Position numbers and translations under genes: made by a program. Below the pieces are notes generated by a model. The model searched no databases, had not been told where the DNA came from, and saw only the letters and a program-made list of their open reading frames with translations. From a bacterium (GTDB lineage: Bacteria; Vulcanimicrobiota; Xenobia; Xenobiales; JADMJV01), in the NCBI GenBank assembly GCA_018266105.1, contig JAFEBA010000001.1:71594-135593 (forward strand): a stretch of 64,000 bases of DNA. Reading direction: 5' to 3'. Within the stretch, counting starts at the first letter, position 1. Every line of letters starts with the position of its first letter. Positions 36,002 to 46,697 of this stretch are shown here, piece by piece.

Positions 36002-36889
36002 ATGTCTACCGTTCTTCGTCTGGCGCGGCTGGCGGCCGTGGCTGGGTGCAGTTTTGCCCTGGGCTACGGCCTTTGTCTGCAGCGCAATAACCCTGCTCGC
36101 GAGGTTGCGGCACGGGTCAACGGCGAGGAGATTCCGGCGCTGGAGTTGCGGGCCGAACTGCTCAAGCGATTCGGACCGGATGTCTTGCGCGACCTTGTGC
36201 ACCAGCGGCTGATTTTGCAGGAAGCGCGCAAACGGGGAGTTCAGGTGGATGCGGCCGGCGTGGAAAAGCGTCTGCAGGCGATGAAATCTCAGCCTGAGGT
36301 TCAGGCGATGCTTAAAAGCGGTCAGGTGGATGAGTCTGACTTGCGTCGCAACCTGACCACGGTGGGTCCGCTGGACGCTCTGGTGAAAAGCGGGTTGACG
36401 GTCGAGGAAGAGAACGCCTTCTACAAGCAGCATCGGGCCGAGCTGGAGAGCCTGAAAGTGCAGCAGATTCTGCTGCTGGATAAGGCGGAGGCAGCCAGAG
36501 TTCAGGCTGAAGCCAGTAAGCCGGGTGCGGATTTTTCGGCCCTGGCCAAGAAATACAGTCTGGATAGTCGCAGCAAAGCCCAGGGTGGGTTGCTGGGCGA
36601 GGTTCATCGGGGCGAGCTCGAACCTGAACTGGCCGAGGCTCTATTCGCGCTGCAACCCGGCCAGGTCAGCCAGCCGGTCGAGAGCGCAGACGGGATTCAT
36701 ATCTTTCGGGTGGTTTCAAGTAAGACCGGTCTGGACGAGCTTCGTCCTCAGATCGAGGAGCGCCTGATTGCGGCGCGACGCGGAGACTTCGTTGAGGACC
36801 TGCGGGCCGGGGCCAAAATCGAAACGGTCGCTCCATACCGCTTGCCGGCTTCCATTTCGGTTTCTGAGCCCGGCCAGGACGAGCACTGA
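36002..36889 (+). CDS. Parvulin-type peptidyl-prolyl isomerase (SurA/PrsA-like) with an N-terminal membrane anchor
   Basis: N-terminal hydrophobic anchor. PpiC domain motifs GGLLGEVHRGELEPELAEALF and ESADGIHIFRVV. Confidence 0.7.
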   Translation: MSTVLRLARLAAVAGCSFALGYGLCLQRNNPAREVAARVNGEEIPALELRAELLKRFGPDVLRDLVHQRLILQEARKRGVQVDAAGVEKRLQAMKSQPEVQAMLKSGQVDESDLRRNLTTVGPLDALVKSGLTVEEENAFYKQHRAELESLKVQQILLLDKAEAARVQAEASKPGADFSALAKKYSLDSRSKAQGGLLGEVHRGELEPELAEALFALQPGQVSQPVESADGIHIFRVVSSKTGLDELRPQIEERLIAARRGDFVEDLRAGAKIETVAPYRLPASISVSEPGQDEH

Positions 36890-36904
36890 CCGGAATTCAT
36901 CCGC

Positions 36905-37702
36905 TCAGGACCCCTCGCGAGCGATTGTGTCCCAGGCGCTGACCAGCTCCTGGCTGCTCCTTTGTTTGAGTCCCTCCGGAAACTGTCGCTCCAGGCTCTG
37001 GTATCGGTGGCGAAACTTTCGATTGGTCGCGCGCAAGGCTGCTTCCGGATCGAGCCCGTGCTGATGGGCAACGCTGACCATGGCAAAGAGGACATCTCCG
37101 AGTTCCTCCAGGCTGGGCCGGGTCTGGAATTCTTCCAGCTCCTCCTGGAGTTTAACCCAGGCTGCCTGGGGGCTGGGATAGGCGAAGCCGCTGCGGGAGG
37201 CCCTCTCCTGAATTAGGGCGGCTTGAGGTAAGGCGGGAAGTCCCGGGCTGACTCCGTCCAGGGCCGAGCTTTCGCCGGCTTTTTCACGTTTCTTGATCTG
37301 ATCCCATTGCTGCAAGACCGCGGCCGGGGTTTCCAGGCCCGACTGGCTTTCGAAGACGTGAGGATGGCGGCGAACCATTTTGGCCACGATTCCCTGCAGT
37401 ACCTGCTCGACATCAAAAGCTCCCCGTTCCCGTGCGAGTTGGGCGTGGAGCACTACTTGAAAGGCTAGATCGCCCAGCTCCTCGCGCATCTTGTCGTCGT
37501 CGTTGAGTTCCAGGGCTTCGACACACTCATAGGCCTCTTCGATCATGAAGGGAGTCAGGCTCTGGTGAGTCTGCTTAAGGTCCCAGGGACAACCGCCCTC
37601 GGGGTTGCGAAGGGCGGCCACCACCTGGACCAGCTGTTGAAAGGGCGAAAGGCTTTGAAATTCAGGGCTACTCGGGTGCATAGCGGTCCGCCTTCGCTTC
37701 AC
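36905..37702 (-). CDS. mazG: Nucleoside triphosphate pyrophosphohydrolase
   Basis: IEEAYECVEAL...REELGDLAFQVVLHAQLA MazG EExxE/ExxD motifs. Confidence 0.8.
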   Translation of the reverse strand: MKRRRTAMHPSSPEFQSLSPFQQLVQVVAALRNPEGGCPWDLKQTHQSLTPFMIEEAYECVEALELNDDDKMREELGDLAFQVVLHAQLARERGAFDVEQVLQGIVAKMVRRHPHVFESQSGLETPAAVLQQWDQIKKREKAGESSALDGVSPGLPALPQAALIQERASRSGFAYPSPQAAWVKLQEELEEFQTRPSLEELGDVLFAMVSVAHQHGLDPEAALRATNRKFRHRYQSLERQFPEGLKQRSSQELVSAWDTIAREGS

Positions 37703-37739
37703 TGCTGCCAGCCCCTACCCGGCCCGGCTGCTCGCGTAG

Positions 37740-39098
<1,359 letters not shown>

Positions 39099-39122
39099 GC
39101 GATTCGCGCAGGCGGCCTCAAT

Positions 39123-39153
39123 AAAAAGGGAGGTGATAAACCTCCCTTTTTAT
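39123..39153. terminator. Bidirectional rho-independent terminator (AAAAAGGGAGG-tgataaa-CCTCCCTTTTT)
   Basis: 6-bp GC-rich stem plus a T-run, 25 nt after the eno stop. An A-run on the other side allows it to function for minus-strand transcripts. Confidence 0.75.
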
Positions 39154-39356
39154 TTGCTCTGGGCGTGGCGCCGGAAGAGTTCCCGGTGCTGGGTGACCAG
39201 CCTTTCGATGGCTCGTAGACTCGGGTCCAGACTTCGCGGGGCTTCCACCACGGGTTGGGGGGACGAATCCTGGCCAGAGCCAGAAAGCCACTGTTCTAGA
39301 AAATCCAGGGCCTGATTTTCAGCCTCTTGTTGTTCACTGGTGCTCACGCACGCCAC
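39150..39356 (-). CDS. Possible small protein (68 aa)
   Basis: ORF between the large acidic gene and the terminator. Weak support. Confidence 0.25.
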   Translation of the reverse strand: MACVSTSEQQEAENQALDFLEQWLSGSGQDSSPQPVVEAPRSLDPSLRAIERLVTQHRELFRRHAQSK

Positions 39357-39432
39357 CTTCTCGCCCCCAGCGGATTTGTTGTGACAACAGATTACTCGGC
39401 TTGACTGAAAAGAAGCTAAAGGTTCATAAATA

Positions 39433-42120
39433 CTAGTCTTCTAAGAGGAACTCGTTCCACATCCGCTGGATTCGCATGCGGGCGGAGGTGATGCCGGTGC
39501 CGTGCTCAAACAGGTCGTTGAGGCCTTCCTGTACTTCCTCCAGGAGTTCTGGCTGGAAAAGCAGTTCCTCTCGCAGGCAACCATAGGTGGCAGCGGTGAT
39601 GCCCACCAACCGGGCCGCCGCGTGGTCGGCCACCGGGTCCAGGCGCTTCAAGAACACTTCGTCGCGGAACGCGAATTCGCGGGTGTAGAGGAAGCCGACC
39701 CAGTTGGTGGCCTGGTACCAGTGTAACAGCAGATTGCGGCATTCGTTCTCGAACTCCGGAGCGGCCGGGTCCAGAGCTTGAAGTCGGTCCATTAAGCTGG
39801 GATTGGGAACGGAGCCCTCCTCCAGGTAGAGCTCCACGGCTGCCTGAGCCAGTTGGAGGCGCTGAGCATCGGTCAAGGCGCTGGACTGATGAGCCAGCTG
39901 GCTGTGGCCGCGATACATCCGAACCAGGTGTCGGAAGACCAGGAAGCAGAGCTCCTCCGGAGGCATGCCCTCAATGTCGCGATGGAAGATGAGTGTCAGT
40001 TCGGGCTCCGCGCTGGCATCCACCAGGAACATGTCGTCTCCGTCATAAGTGAGAACTTTCAGTTCGGGGAAGTCAAACAGTGTGTAGTCAACCGCTCGCA
40101 GCGCCTGGCGCAGGGTGCCGACGAAGGCAGCTGGACCGGTGTTCTCCAGCCGCTGTTCGAATTGCTCGGAGGGAACCGGTAGTTTCAGGCCGGCCTTGGG
40201 GAGCAAGTTGTCTCGCAGGAAACTGACGACTTCCTCTTCCTCCTCGTTGCCAAGGCTGGAAACAAAATCTCGATTGAGGCCCCTTTTGCCCATGCCGACT
40301 CCGAGTTCTTGTTTCTGGACCTCGGCCCGGGGGGAGGTGCCGAACTGATAGAACAAGGCCAGGCGGTCGCCATTGTTGCCCGTGGCGGTGGATTCGGCAG
40401 AGGACAGGATTTCGAAGAGGTAGACCATCTCGGCACCCGCCATGGCCTCGTTAAGGTAAGGCACGATGTCTTCCTGGCCGGCTTTGATTCGGGCCAGCGC
40501 CAGGTTGGCCTTGGCTTCATTCTCAACCCAGGTTTCCACTTCCAGGGCCTGTTCCAGCAGCTCGGCCGCGCCCTGGGGGTTGCTGCTCACCAGATTGAGG
40601 CCGTTGGCGATTTGCTCAAACTTTGCGCGCGCGGCAGCCGGCGCCCAGTCTTCTGTTTGCCCGGCTTCGGCGACAGGCTCTTCAGCCACGGAAGCTTGCT
40701 CTTCAGGAAGCTGCTCGGGTTCCTGCGCCACGGGCTCGGGCTCCTCAGCCACGGGCTCGGGCTCCTCAGCCACAGGCTCGGCCATTGCTTCTTCTGGCTC
40801 TGGAATGATGGACTCTTCGGTTTCGTCCAGGGCCAGGGCGTCTTCGAAATTCAGTTCCGGCGACTCGGCAGTCGGCTCCTCCGGCTCTGGTTCGGGCTGC
40901 TCGACAACCAGTTCTTCGGCGACTGTCTCCTCAGTGACCGGCTCCTCTACAACCGGCTCCTCGGCGATCGGCTCTTCCTCGGTCAGGATTTCCTCGGTCA
41001 GGATTTCTTCAGGGCTGGCCTCCTCTACGATGGCCTCTGTGACCACCTTCTCAGCGGGATCGGAGAGTTCCGCTTCCAGGCTCAGCGCAGTGGATGGCTC
41101 GTCGATGGGTTCGGGAGCTTGCTCCTCTGATTCAGCGTCGAGCAAGGCAGATAGATCGAGCTCTGGCTCCGGTTCGGGCTGCACCAGATCGATTTCGGGC
41201 TCGGGCTCTAGAGGTTCGGTTTCCTGGGCCTTCAGCTCCAGAGGTGCAGGGTCGGTTTGCCGGGCCGCCGGGGGCGTCGGCAGGGGTGACTCGTCTCCCG
41301 AGACTTGCTTCCACGCCTCGCCCAGGGCTGATTTGAGGGCGGCCTGATCGGCCGGCTCGCCGAACAGTTGGCTCCCTGTATCCTGGAGCGTGTCGAAGAG
41401 TTCCTCCAGTTTGGGCATTTCCGAGCAACTGTGGGGGAGTTCGAGCAGTTCGTAGACTTGATCGACCAGAGTCCGGCCCGGGATGCCCAGCACCAGATCC
41501 AGTTGGGACATCAGGATATCATAGGCGGTGCCGGACGAGTGGCTGGCGACGGCCTGGAAGTCATCGCCGCTCAAAAACTGCTCTTTGAAGTCGTGAACCA
41601 GTTGCTCCAGTTTGGCGATGCGGCCTTCGCGGGTGGTCAACTCTTCCTGGAGCTGGCTCATGTTTTGCTGGCGACGAGCCAGCTCTTCTTTCTGGCGGGC
41701 CAGCTCGGCCTCGTGGCTATGAACCTGTTCGCGGCTTTGAGTGAGTTCGCTCTGGAGCTCCTCCACCGAGTGGTCCAGCTTCTCACCCCGCGCTGTGGCG
41801 TCGGCCAGCTGGGCCTCCAGCCGGGCCTTCATCTCGGCCGCCTGGTTGCGGGCTTCGGCTAACTCTTGAGCAGCGCGTTCCTGAGTTTCGGCCAGCTCCT
41901 GTTGCAGTTTCTTGCTTTGCTGGTCCAGTTGCCGGTTCTTAAAGGCAAGCTGAACGCCTTCGCCCGTCAATCGCTTCACTTCTTCGGTGAGGCGCTTGTT
42001 GGTGGAGCGCAACTCTTTAATCTGTTCAAAAGCCTTCAGATCGGGCTCGCCCAGTTGACTTTTCAAGCTGGCGTTTTCTTCTTGAAGTTGAGCCAATTGT
42101 TGCGCTAAGTCGGCGGACAT
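39433..42120 (-). CDS. Large coiled-coil protein with a central acidic Pro/Glu-rich repeat region and a C-terminal globular domain
   Basis: 895 aa. The N-terminal roughly 190 aa is heptad-rich (LAQLQEENASLKSQL...). Residues about 290-480 are PEPE/EEPV repeats (AEEPEPVAEEPEPVAQEPE, EEILTEEILTEEE). The C-terminal roughly 400 aa is non-repetitive. Confidence 0.6.
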   Translation of the reverse strand: MSADLAQQLAQLQEENASLKSQLGEPDLKAFEQIKELRSTNKRLTEEVKRLTGEGVQLAFKNRQLDQQSKKLQQELAETQERAAQELAEARNQAAEMKARLEAQLADATARGEKLDHSVEELQSELTQSREQVHSHEAELARQKEELARRQQNMSQLQEELTTREGRIAKLEQLVHDFKEQFLSGDDFQAVASHSSGTAYDILMSQLDLVLGIPGRTLVDQVYELLELPHSCSEMPKLEELFDTLQDTGSQLFGEPADQAALKSALGEAWKQVSGDESPLPTPPAARQTDPAPLELKAQETEPLEPEPEIDLVQPEPEPELDLSALLDAESEEQAPEPIDEPSTALSLEAELSDPAEKVVTEAIVEEASPEEILTEEILTEEEPIAEEPVVEEPVTEETVAEELVVEQPEPEPEEPTAESPELNFEDALALDETEESIIPEPEEAMAEPVAEEPEPVAEEPEPVAQEPEQLPEEQASVAEEPVAEAGQTEDWAPAAARAKFEQIANGLNLVSSNPQGAAELLEQALEVETWVENEAKANLALARIKAGQEDIVPYLNEAMAGAEMVYLFEILSSAESTATGNNGDRLALFYQFGTSPRAEVQKQELGVGMGKRGLNRDFVSSLGNEEEEEVVSFLRDNLLPKAGLKLPVPSEQFEQRLENTGPAAFVGTLRQALRAVDYTLFDFPELKVLTYDGDDMFLVDASAEPELTLIFHRDIEGMPPEELCFLVFRHLVRMYRGHSQLAHQSSALTDAQRLQLAQAAVELYLEEGSVPNPSLMDRLQALDPAAPEFENECRNLLLHWYQATNWVGFLYTREFAFRDEVFLKRLDPVADHAAARLVGITAATYGCLREELLFQPELLEEVQEGLNDLFEHGTGITSARMRIQRMWNEFLLED
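40739..40793. repeat. 21-bp tandem repeat (CACGGGCTCGGGCTCCTCAGC, about 2.6 copies) encoding AEEPEPV units
   Basis: Seen directly in the sequence. A second 15-bp tandem (CGGTCAGGATTTCCT, two copies) at 40981-41010 encodes EEILT. Confidence 0.8.
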
Positions 42121-42194
42121 GGGAACGCTCCTCGTTAAGGTGCTCTCCTCTTTGCAGTCGCCCCAGGAAAACCCTGGTCCCGGCCAAGAACGCC

Positions 42195-44414
42195 TTGAAC
42201 ATGCGTAAGCGCACGGAAATGGGCGAGTTTGATGCCGTCAAACGAATTCAGACGGTCAAAGGCCGTGATTACATTCCTCGTCAGAATGCTCACCGACTGG
42301 CCGTGGTCGATGACAGATGGGCGGAGGCTCGCGCCGGGCGCATCGAGGCCCAGGCCAGGAGGGGGCCGTCCAACCCGGCCAATCGGAAACCCCTCAATGT
42401 TCAGCTGTATGTAACCCGCTACCGTTCGGCTCTGCGCAGTTGGCCTCAAATCGAGAGCTTGATCGAGCGTTTGAATGAATTCTTCGTTGGCCCCCAGCTG
42501 GTGTTTCAACTGGTGGAGCCGGCTGAGTGCAATCGCTCGGTTTCCTACGCCCAGCGCTGTCCTTTCGGGGCCGATCTGGATCATGAGTACGAGTGGCTGC
42601 ATCTGGCGGTCGTCCCCAGGCTGCCCGACGAGCTCCCGGTACTGACCTCCTGCGGGCGCTGCATGCTCATCTCGGACCGCAGCCAGGATCAGGATATCGC
42701 GCGCGCTCTGGCTCAGCTACTGGGCCTGGGGCCCAACTGCGAGCTGGACTTTAGCGAGCAGAGTATCCAATGGTTGCGCTGGCAGGCCTTTTTGCTGCAG
42801 GGCCAACCAGTGCCCCTGCCTTTGGTGAGTCTACCCGTTTGGGCCTACCCTGTGGTGACGCCGGACGATTATCACTCCCAGCGAAATCTGGAGCAGATCC
42901 AGCAACTTTTGGAGCGAGTGAATTTGATCTGGATGCAGGCCGGGGTTTCCTTTGAGCTGGCGGGCTGTTGTCCGTTGCATCATTCGGACATCGGTGAGCA
43001 AGCCTGGGAGCAGGCGGTCACGCCTTCTGTGGAGCCCCTTTTGAAGCTGACGGAATACGCTCCGAACTCTCTTCATCTGCCCATGATTCGGGCCGTTCCG
43101 GTTCCCTGGTCTTGTTTTGCGTATCCTGAGCATCGCCTGGCTATCGTGCGCGATGGGGTCACCCCCCTTTCGGTCGCTCAGGCCTTGGGCCGACTGTTGG
43201 GCCTGACCGAGGTCGAGGGCAGGGACCAATTGCTGAGCCTGGGGGCCGAGGGACAGCGTATCGGAAACGATGAAGCCCGTCGCGCCAGAGAGCGTGGCCT
43301 GCAGATGAGCGGACTGTCCCTGGATACCCCCGTTCCAGAGGTGGTTCGGGCCGCTCGCAGGGGTTGGTTGGCCCCGGCCCTTCCGGAGCAGCGCAGCCTC
43401 GAATTTCAGCTGATCTTGTTGCGTGGTCCAGATTCGGCCTGCAAACTGAGCCTGGAAGAGGCTCGCAGCTGGTTAGAGGAGGTGGGCCTGGTCTGGGCCC
43501 AGGCCGGAATTGCGCTGAGGCCCCATTTAAGCGAAGCTGATGTGGCTCAAGCGGCCGTGGAGGCCGCCTACCCCAATCCTGGGGGCGAGCGTAAGCCCAG
43601 TTGTGCGGGGCTGACCCGGTTGCCCGGTTACCGAGCCGGTAGCTACAATCTTTGCGTCCTGCAAAGGCTGCCGGTGCTCAACAAAATCGAGCAGTATCAG
43701 TCTTACCTGAATTGGCCCGGCCCTCGTCTGACGCTGCTGGCGGCGGACTTTCCCGCACACGGCAGGGTCAAGCAGTTGGCCCTGGCTCTGGCGGCGGCCT
43801 GGGGGGTCAAGCCAGGGGAAGGCGCCTTTCAGCGCCTGTTGACGCGCGGCTCTCAAGGCTTAAGGTTAGAGCCGGACGACTGCGCTGCCGTGCATGCCGC
43901 TCTGGCCGGGCCGGCTTTTCAGGCCCCCTCGCCCAGCTCCCGCTCCACTTTCGGTGAGTTGCTCTCGTTGCCCATCAAGTTGCGCCGTGTCACCGGTCAC
44001 AATCCATGTCTTTCGCAGGCCGAGGAAGTGGCTCGCCTGGTTTGTTCTCATCCGATCTGGGAGCAGACCAATATTCAACCGAAGATTGTGGATTCCGATC
44101 AAGTCGAGGTGGGGGAGGCGGCCTTGTTGGAGAGCTATCCCAGCGCGCCCGGTAGCGCCACTCCGCGCATCCCCTTCAATTTTGGACTGTTGCGTCTGCC
44201 CGGGCACCACCCTCAGGCCATCAACCTGCTGGTGGTGGGGCAGATGCCGACCGGCAACAGTTCCGCTTTCTCGCTTTCCAGAATGGTGCTGGCTGATCCC
44301 GACTGTGCCGCGGCCGGGTTGGCGCAGCTGATCGGACTGAACCTTTCGGCGCCGATATCGGCTGAAGCGATGAAGTCAGCCCGCTCCACTTTGCTCAGAA
44401 TGTTTCAGACCTGA
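42195..44414 (+). CDS. Protein built from four tandem degenerate metzincin (matrixin)-like repeats lacking the zinc ligands
   Basis: Four roughly 170-aa repeats. Each has a W-x-Q-A-G-[IV]-x-[FL] element (LERVNLIWMQAGVSFEL, LEEVGLVWAQAGIALRP) about 100 aa before a helix. That helix aligns with HExxHxxGxxH but carries substitutions: IARALAQLLGLGPN, VAQALGRLLGLTEV, LALALAAAWGVKPG, AAAGLAQLIGLNLS. Confidence 0.45.
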   Translation: MNMRKRTEMGEFDAVKRIQTVKGRDYIPRQNAHRLAVVDDRWAEARAGRIEAQARRGPSNPANRKPLNVQLYVTRYRSALRSWPQIESLIERLNEFFVGPQLVFQLVEPAECNRSVSYAQRCPFGADLDHEYEWLHLAVVPRLPDELPVLTSCGRCMLISDRSQDQDIARALAQLLGLGPNCELDFSEQSIQWLRWQAFLLQGQPVPLPLVSLPVWAYPVVTPDDYHSQRNLEQIQQLLERVNLIWMQAGVSFELAGCCPLHHSDIGEQAWEQAVTPSVEPLLKLTEYAPNSLHLPMIRAVPVPWSCFAYPEHRLAIVRDGVTPLSVAQALGRLLGLTEVEGRDQLLSLGAEGQRIGNDEARRARERGLQMSGLSLDTPVPEVVRAARRGWLAPALPEQRSLEFQLILLRGPDSACKLSLEEARSWLEEVGLVWAQAGIALRPHLSEADVAQAAVEAAYPNPGGERKPSCAGLTRLPGYRAGSYNLCVLQRLPVLNKIEQYQSYLNWPGPRLTLLAADFPAHGRVKQLALALAAAWGVKPGEGAFQRLLTRGSQGLRLEPDDCAAVHAALAGPAFQAPSPSSRSTFGELLSLPIKLRRVTGHNPCLSQAEEVARLVCSHPIWEQTNIQPKIVDSDQVEVGEAALLESYPSAPGSATPRIPFNFGLLRLPGHHPQAINLLVVGQMPTGNSSAFSLSRMVLADPDCAAAGLAQLIGLNLSAPISAEAMKSARSTLLRMFQT

Positions 44415-44457
44415 ATAAGATCAGGACATTTTGGTAATTTTCGGTTAAACTGACTGG

Positions 44458-45081
44458 GTGCGCAAATTACGCGGACATACGCTGCTGGAAGTCATGATGT
44501 GTGCCTCCCTGCTCACCTTGACGTTGGGATTGATGGCGCCCCTCTTTGGGCGCACCAGCCGGGTGGTGAATCGGGCCGATCGCGATGCCAGTTCACAGCA
44601 GCAGGCCCTGGTGGGAGTGCAGAAGCTCTTTGCTGAGGCGGCTTACTCCAGTTCCGCCAGCCTGCGGATTGACCCCACCGACCCCAGTGCCTGTGCTTTC
44701 CTCAGTCAGCAGGCAGTGCATGGAGCCAGTGTTCCGCCCATCGGGACAGGAGATTTCTTAAAGACGGGCTTTTTCACCCCCGAGATGCACTGGCAAAAGA
44801 TGCTGGTGATCTACTATCAGAGCGGCACCCAAAAGCTGAACTACAAAGAGTTTACCTACAACGACCCACAGCAAGAAATCGCGCTGGTCCATCGCGACCG
44901 ACTGCAAGCCCTGATTTACCGCACAGACACTCCCGAGCACGTGGTGGCCACGGGGGTGACTGGCTTTACTGTAGAATCTCCCCAGCAAGGGTTGATTTCG
45001 ACTTCCATCACCGCTGAGAAGAAATGGGATAAGACCTTTCGATGCAAACTCGATCTGCTTTTCGCAATGCGCAATCAGTAA
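44458..45081 (+). CDS. Pseudopilin/minor pilin-like protein (prepilin-type N-terminus, GspH/FimT-like size)
   Basis: MRKLRGHTLLEVMMCASLLTLTLGL matches a prepilin cleavage/methylation site with Glu at +5. GTG start. Confidence 0.6.
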   Translation: MRKLRGHTLLEVMMCASLLTLTLGLMAPLFGRTSRVVNRADRDASSQQQALVGVQKLFAEAAYSSSASLRIDPTDPSACAFLSQQAVHGASVPPIGTGDFLKTGFFTPEMHWQKMLVIYYQSGTQKLNYKEFTYNDPQQEIALVHRDRLQALIYRTDTPEHVVATGVTGFTVESPQQGLISTSITAEKKWDKTFRCKLDLLFAMRNQ

Positions 45082-46268
45082 GGGGAATCGCCGTAATCAC
45101 GGTGCTGCTGATCAGCGGCGTGATTCTGGCTTTCGTTCTGGGCGGCCTCAATCTGGCCGCTCAGCACCTTTTTCAGGTCTCCGCCCTGCACAGTCGGCAC
45201 CGTGCCCTATGCGCCGCTGAGGTGGGGGTAAGTAAGGCTCAGTATGAACTGGAGGAGAATCCAGCCTACGCCGGGCCGGCGAACGGGGCTTTGGAGGACG
45301 GTTCTCAGTATTCGGTCAGCATCGAGCACGTGGGGACAAAAGCCATTCTTCATTCGCTGGGGCAAGCGGGGGGGCAGTCGCAGAAGTTGAAGGTGGTGAT
45401 GTCCCTGGATGCCGATACCTATAGAGCTCTCAGCTCAAAGGGCTTGCTCGATTTTCCGACCGACTCGTTCATCAACGGGATCCGCTCACTCTCTGACACT
45501 CGCAGCGCCAAGGGAAACACTCATACCCAGGGTGATCTGCGCATTGCTGGTGCTGCCAAGCTCTCGGTGACCGGCCTGGCTTCGGCTTCGGGTAGTTTCG
45601 ATGACCCCAGCCGTGTCGTAGCGGGAGAGCACGCCACCGGCGGGACGGCCACCACTCCCAATTTCACCAGGGACTCGCTCCTGGCGGTGTCTTTTCCCGG
45701 CGCCTTCATTCCGGCTAGTGGAACGGTCACTCAGAATACGGAAGTCAACGGTCAGACCAATTTGAATCATCCGCTCAATATCCCGGCGGGCGTAACCGTA
45801 CATGTGAAGGGAGACCTGATCCTCAATCAGGGGATGCATGGTGACGGCACGCTGGTGGTGGACGGAAATCTGCTGTTGCGCGGTTCTGAGAACTTGAAGA
45901 GCGATACTCCCAAGGGCGTTCTCGTCTACGCTCAAAAAGACATCATCCTGGCTCACCCCTCGGCAGAGGTGGACCCGGACGCCACCAACGGATTTACGGC
46001 TCACATCAGCAGCGTGGGTTCCCTGTTCGCTGAGATGCCGGAGGGAGTGCCTTACTTATTGCGCCAGCGCCTGCCGCCCGGCGCGCCCGCCAACGTGAAT
46101 TTTTTCGCCTGGTATTCTGCCCAGCAGCAGTCCCCCACGCCCGCCTTCACAGAGTGGCAGCAGGGGGACAACACCACCCTCAATCCAGGGCTACCGCCTG
46201 ATGTGCTCAGTTGGCTGGGCAAGGCGGCTGCCATGCACACCCAGATCGAAGCGACGGTGAACCCATGA
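45042..46268 (+). CDS. GspK/PilX-like pseudopilin with a large beta-rich C-terminal domain
   Basis: SVRGIAVITVLLISGVILAFVLG is a pilin-like N-terminal helix without Glu+5, the GspK hallmark. The C-terminus has Gly/Asn/Thr-rich beta-strand repeats (GDLILNQGMHGDGTLVVDGNLLLRGSENL). Confidence 0.55.
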   Translation: MQTRSAFRNAQSVRGIAVITVLLISGVILAFVLGGLNLAAQHLFQVSALHSRHRALCAAEVGVSKAQYELEENPAYAGPANGALEDGSQYSVSIEHVGTKAILHSLGQAGGQSQKLKVVMSLDADTYRALSSKGLLDFPTDSFINGIRSLSDTRSAKGNTHTQGDLRIAGAAKLSVTGLASASGSFDDPSRVVAGEHATGGTATTPNFTRDSLLAVSFPGAFIPASGTVTQNTEVNGQTNLNHPLNIPAGVTVHVKGDLILNQGMHGDGTLVVDGNLLLRGSENLKSDTPKGVLVYAQKDIILAHPSAEVDPDATNGFTAHISSVGSLFAEMPEGVPYLLRQRLPPGAPANVNFFAWYSAQQQSPTPAFTEWQQGDNTTLNPGLPPDVLSWLGKAAAMHTQIEATVNP

Positions 46269-46696
46269 AGAAACTTTGGCCTTTGCTCTTCCTGGCCGCG
46301 CTGGTGGTCGGCTGTAACGATGCCGCCACCGTGGCCGCTCAACTTCATCTCACCGAGGAGTCCGTCACGCTGGCGGCGGACAAATTCAAAGATCCTGAAG
46401 GCGCCTCGCTCAGCCCCACCCACTCCGACTACGTCAACAACTTGTTCGGGAATGTCAATCCTGCAGGAGTGGATGTCAATCTGGGGCTGCCCAACTACGC
46501 CTATTTTCAGGGCCTTCTTTTCAGTGAACAGAACGTCTTTATGGCCGGCCAGGTTCGCGTGGTCGGGGGAGTGGTGGCTAACGGCAATGTGACGGTGGCG
46601 GGCCAGGGTATGGTCACCACCAATCCGGAGAGCCAGATCAACCGCATCAGCGTGACCAAGGCACGTTGGAAAGTGGAGTCCTGGGTTCAGGAGTAG
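46265..46696 (+). CDS. Lipoprotein with Gly/Val/Asn-rich beta repeats
   Basis: Lipobox LAALVVGC. GQVRVVGGVVANGNVTVAGQGMVTT repeats. The ATG overlaps the upstream stop. Confidence 0.5.
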   Translation: MKKLWPLLFLAALVVGCNDAATVAAQLHLTEESVTLAADKFKDPEGASLSPTHSDYVNNLFGNVNPAGVDVNLGLPNYAYFQGLLFSEQNVFMAGQVRVVGGVVANGNVTVAGQGMVTTNPESQINRISVTKARWKVESWVQE

Positions 46697-46697
46697 A

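Noticed and set aside
35945-36607. N-terminal 221-aa extension of the PP2C phosphatase ORF
   Set aside because: The region is antisense to the ppiC/SurA gene and translates to low-complexity sequence. The internal Met at 35944 gives a coherent four-transmembrane-helix plus PP2C protein.
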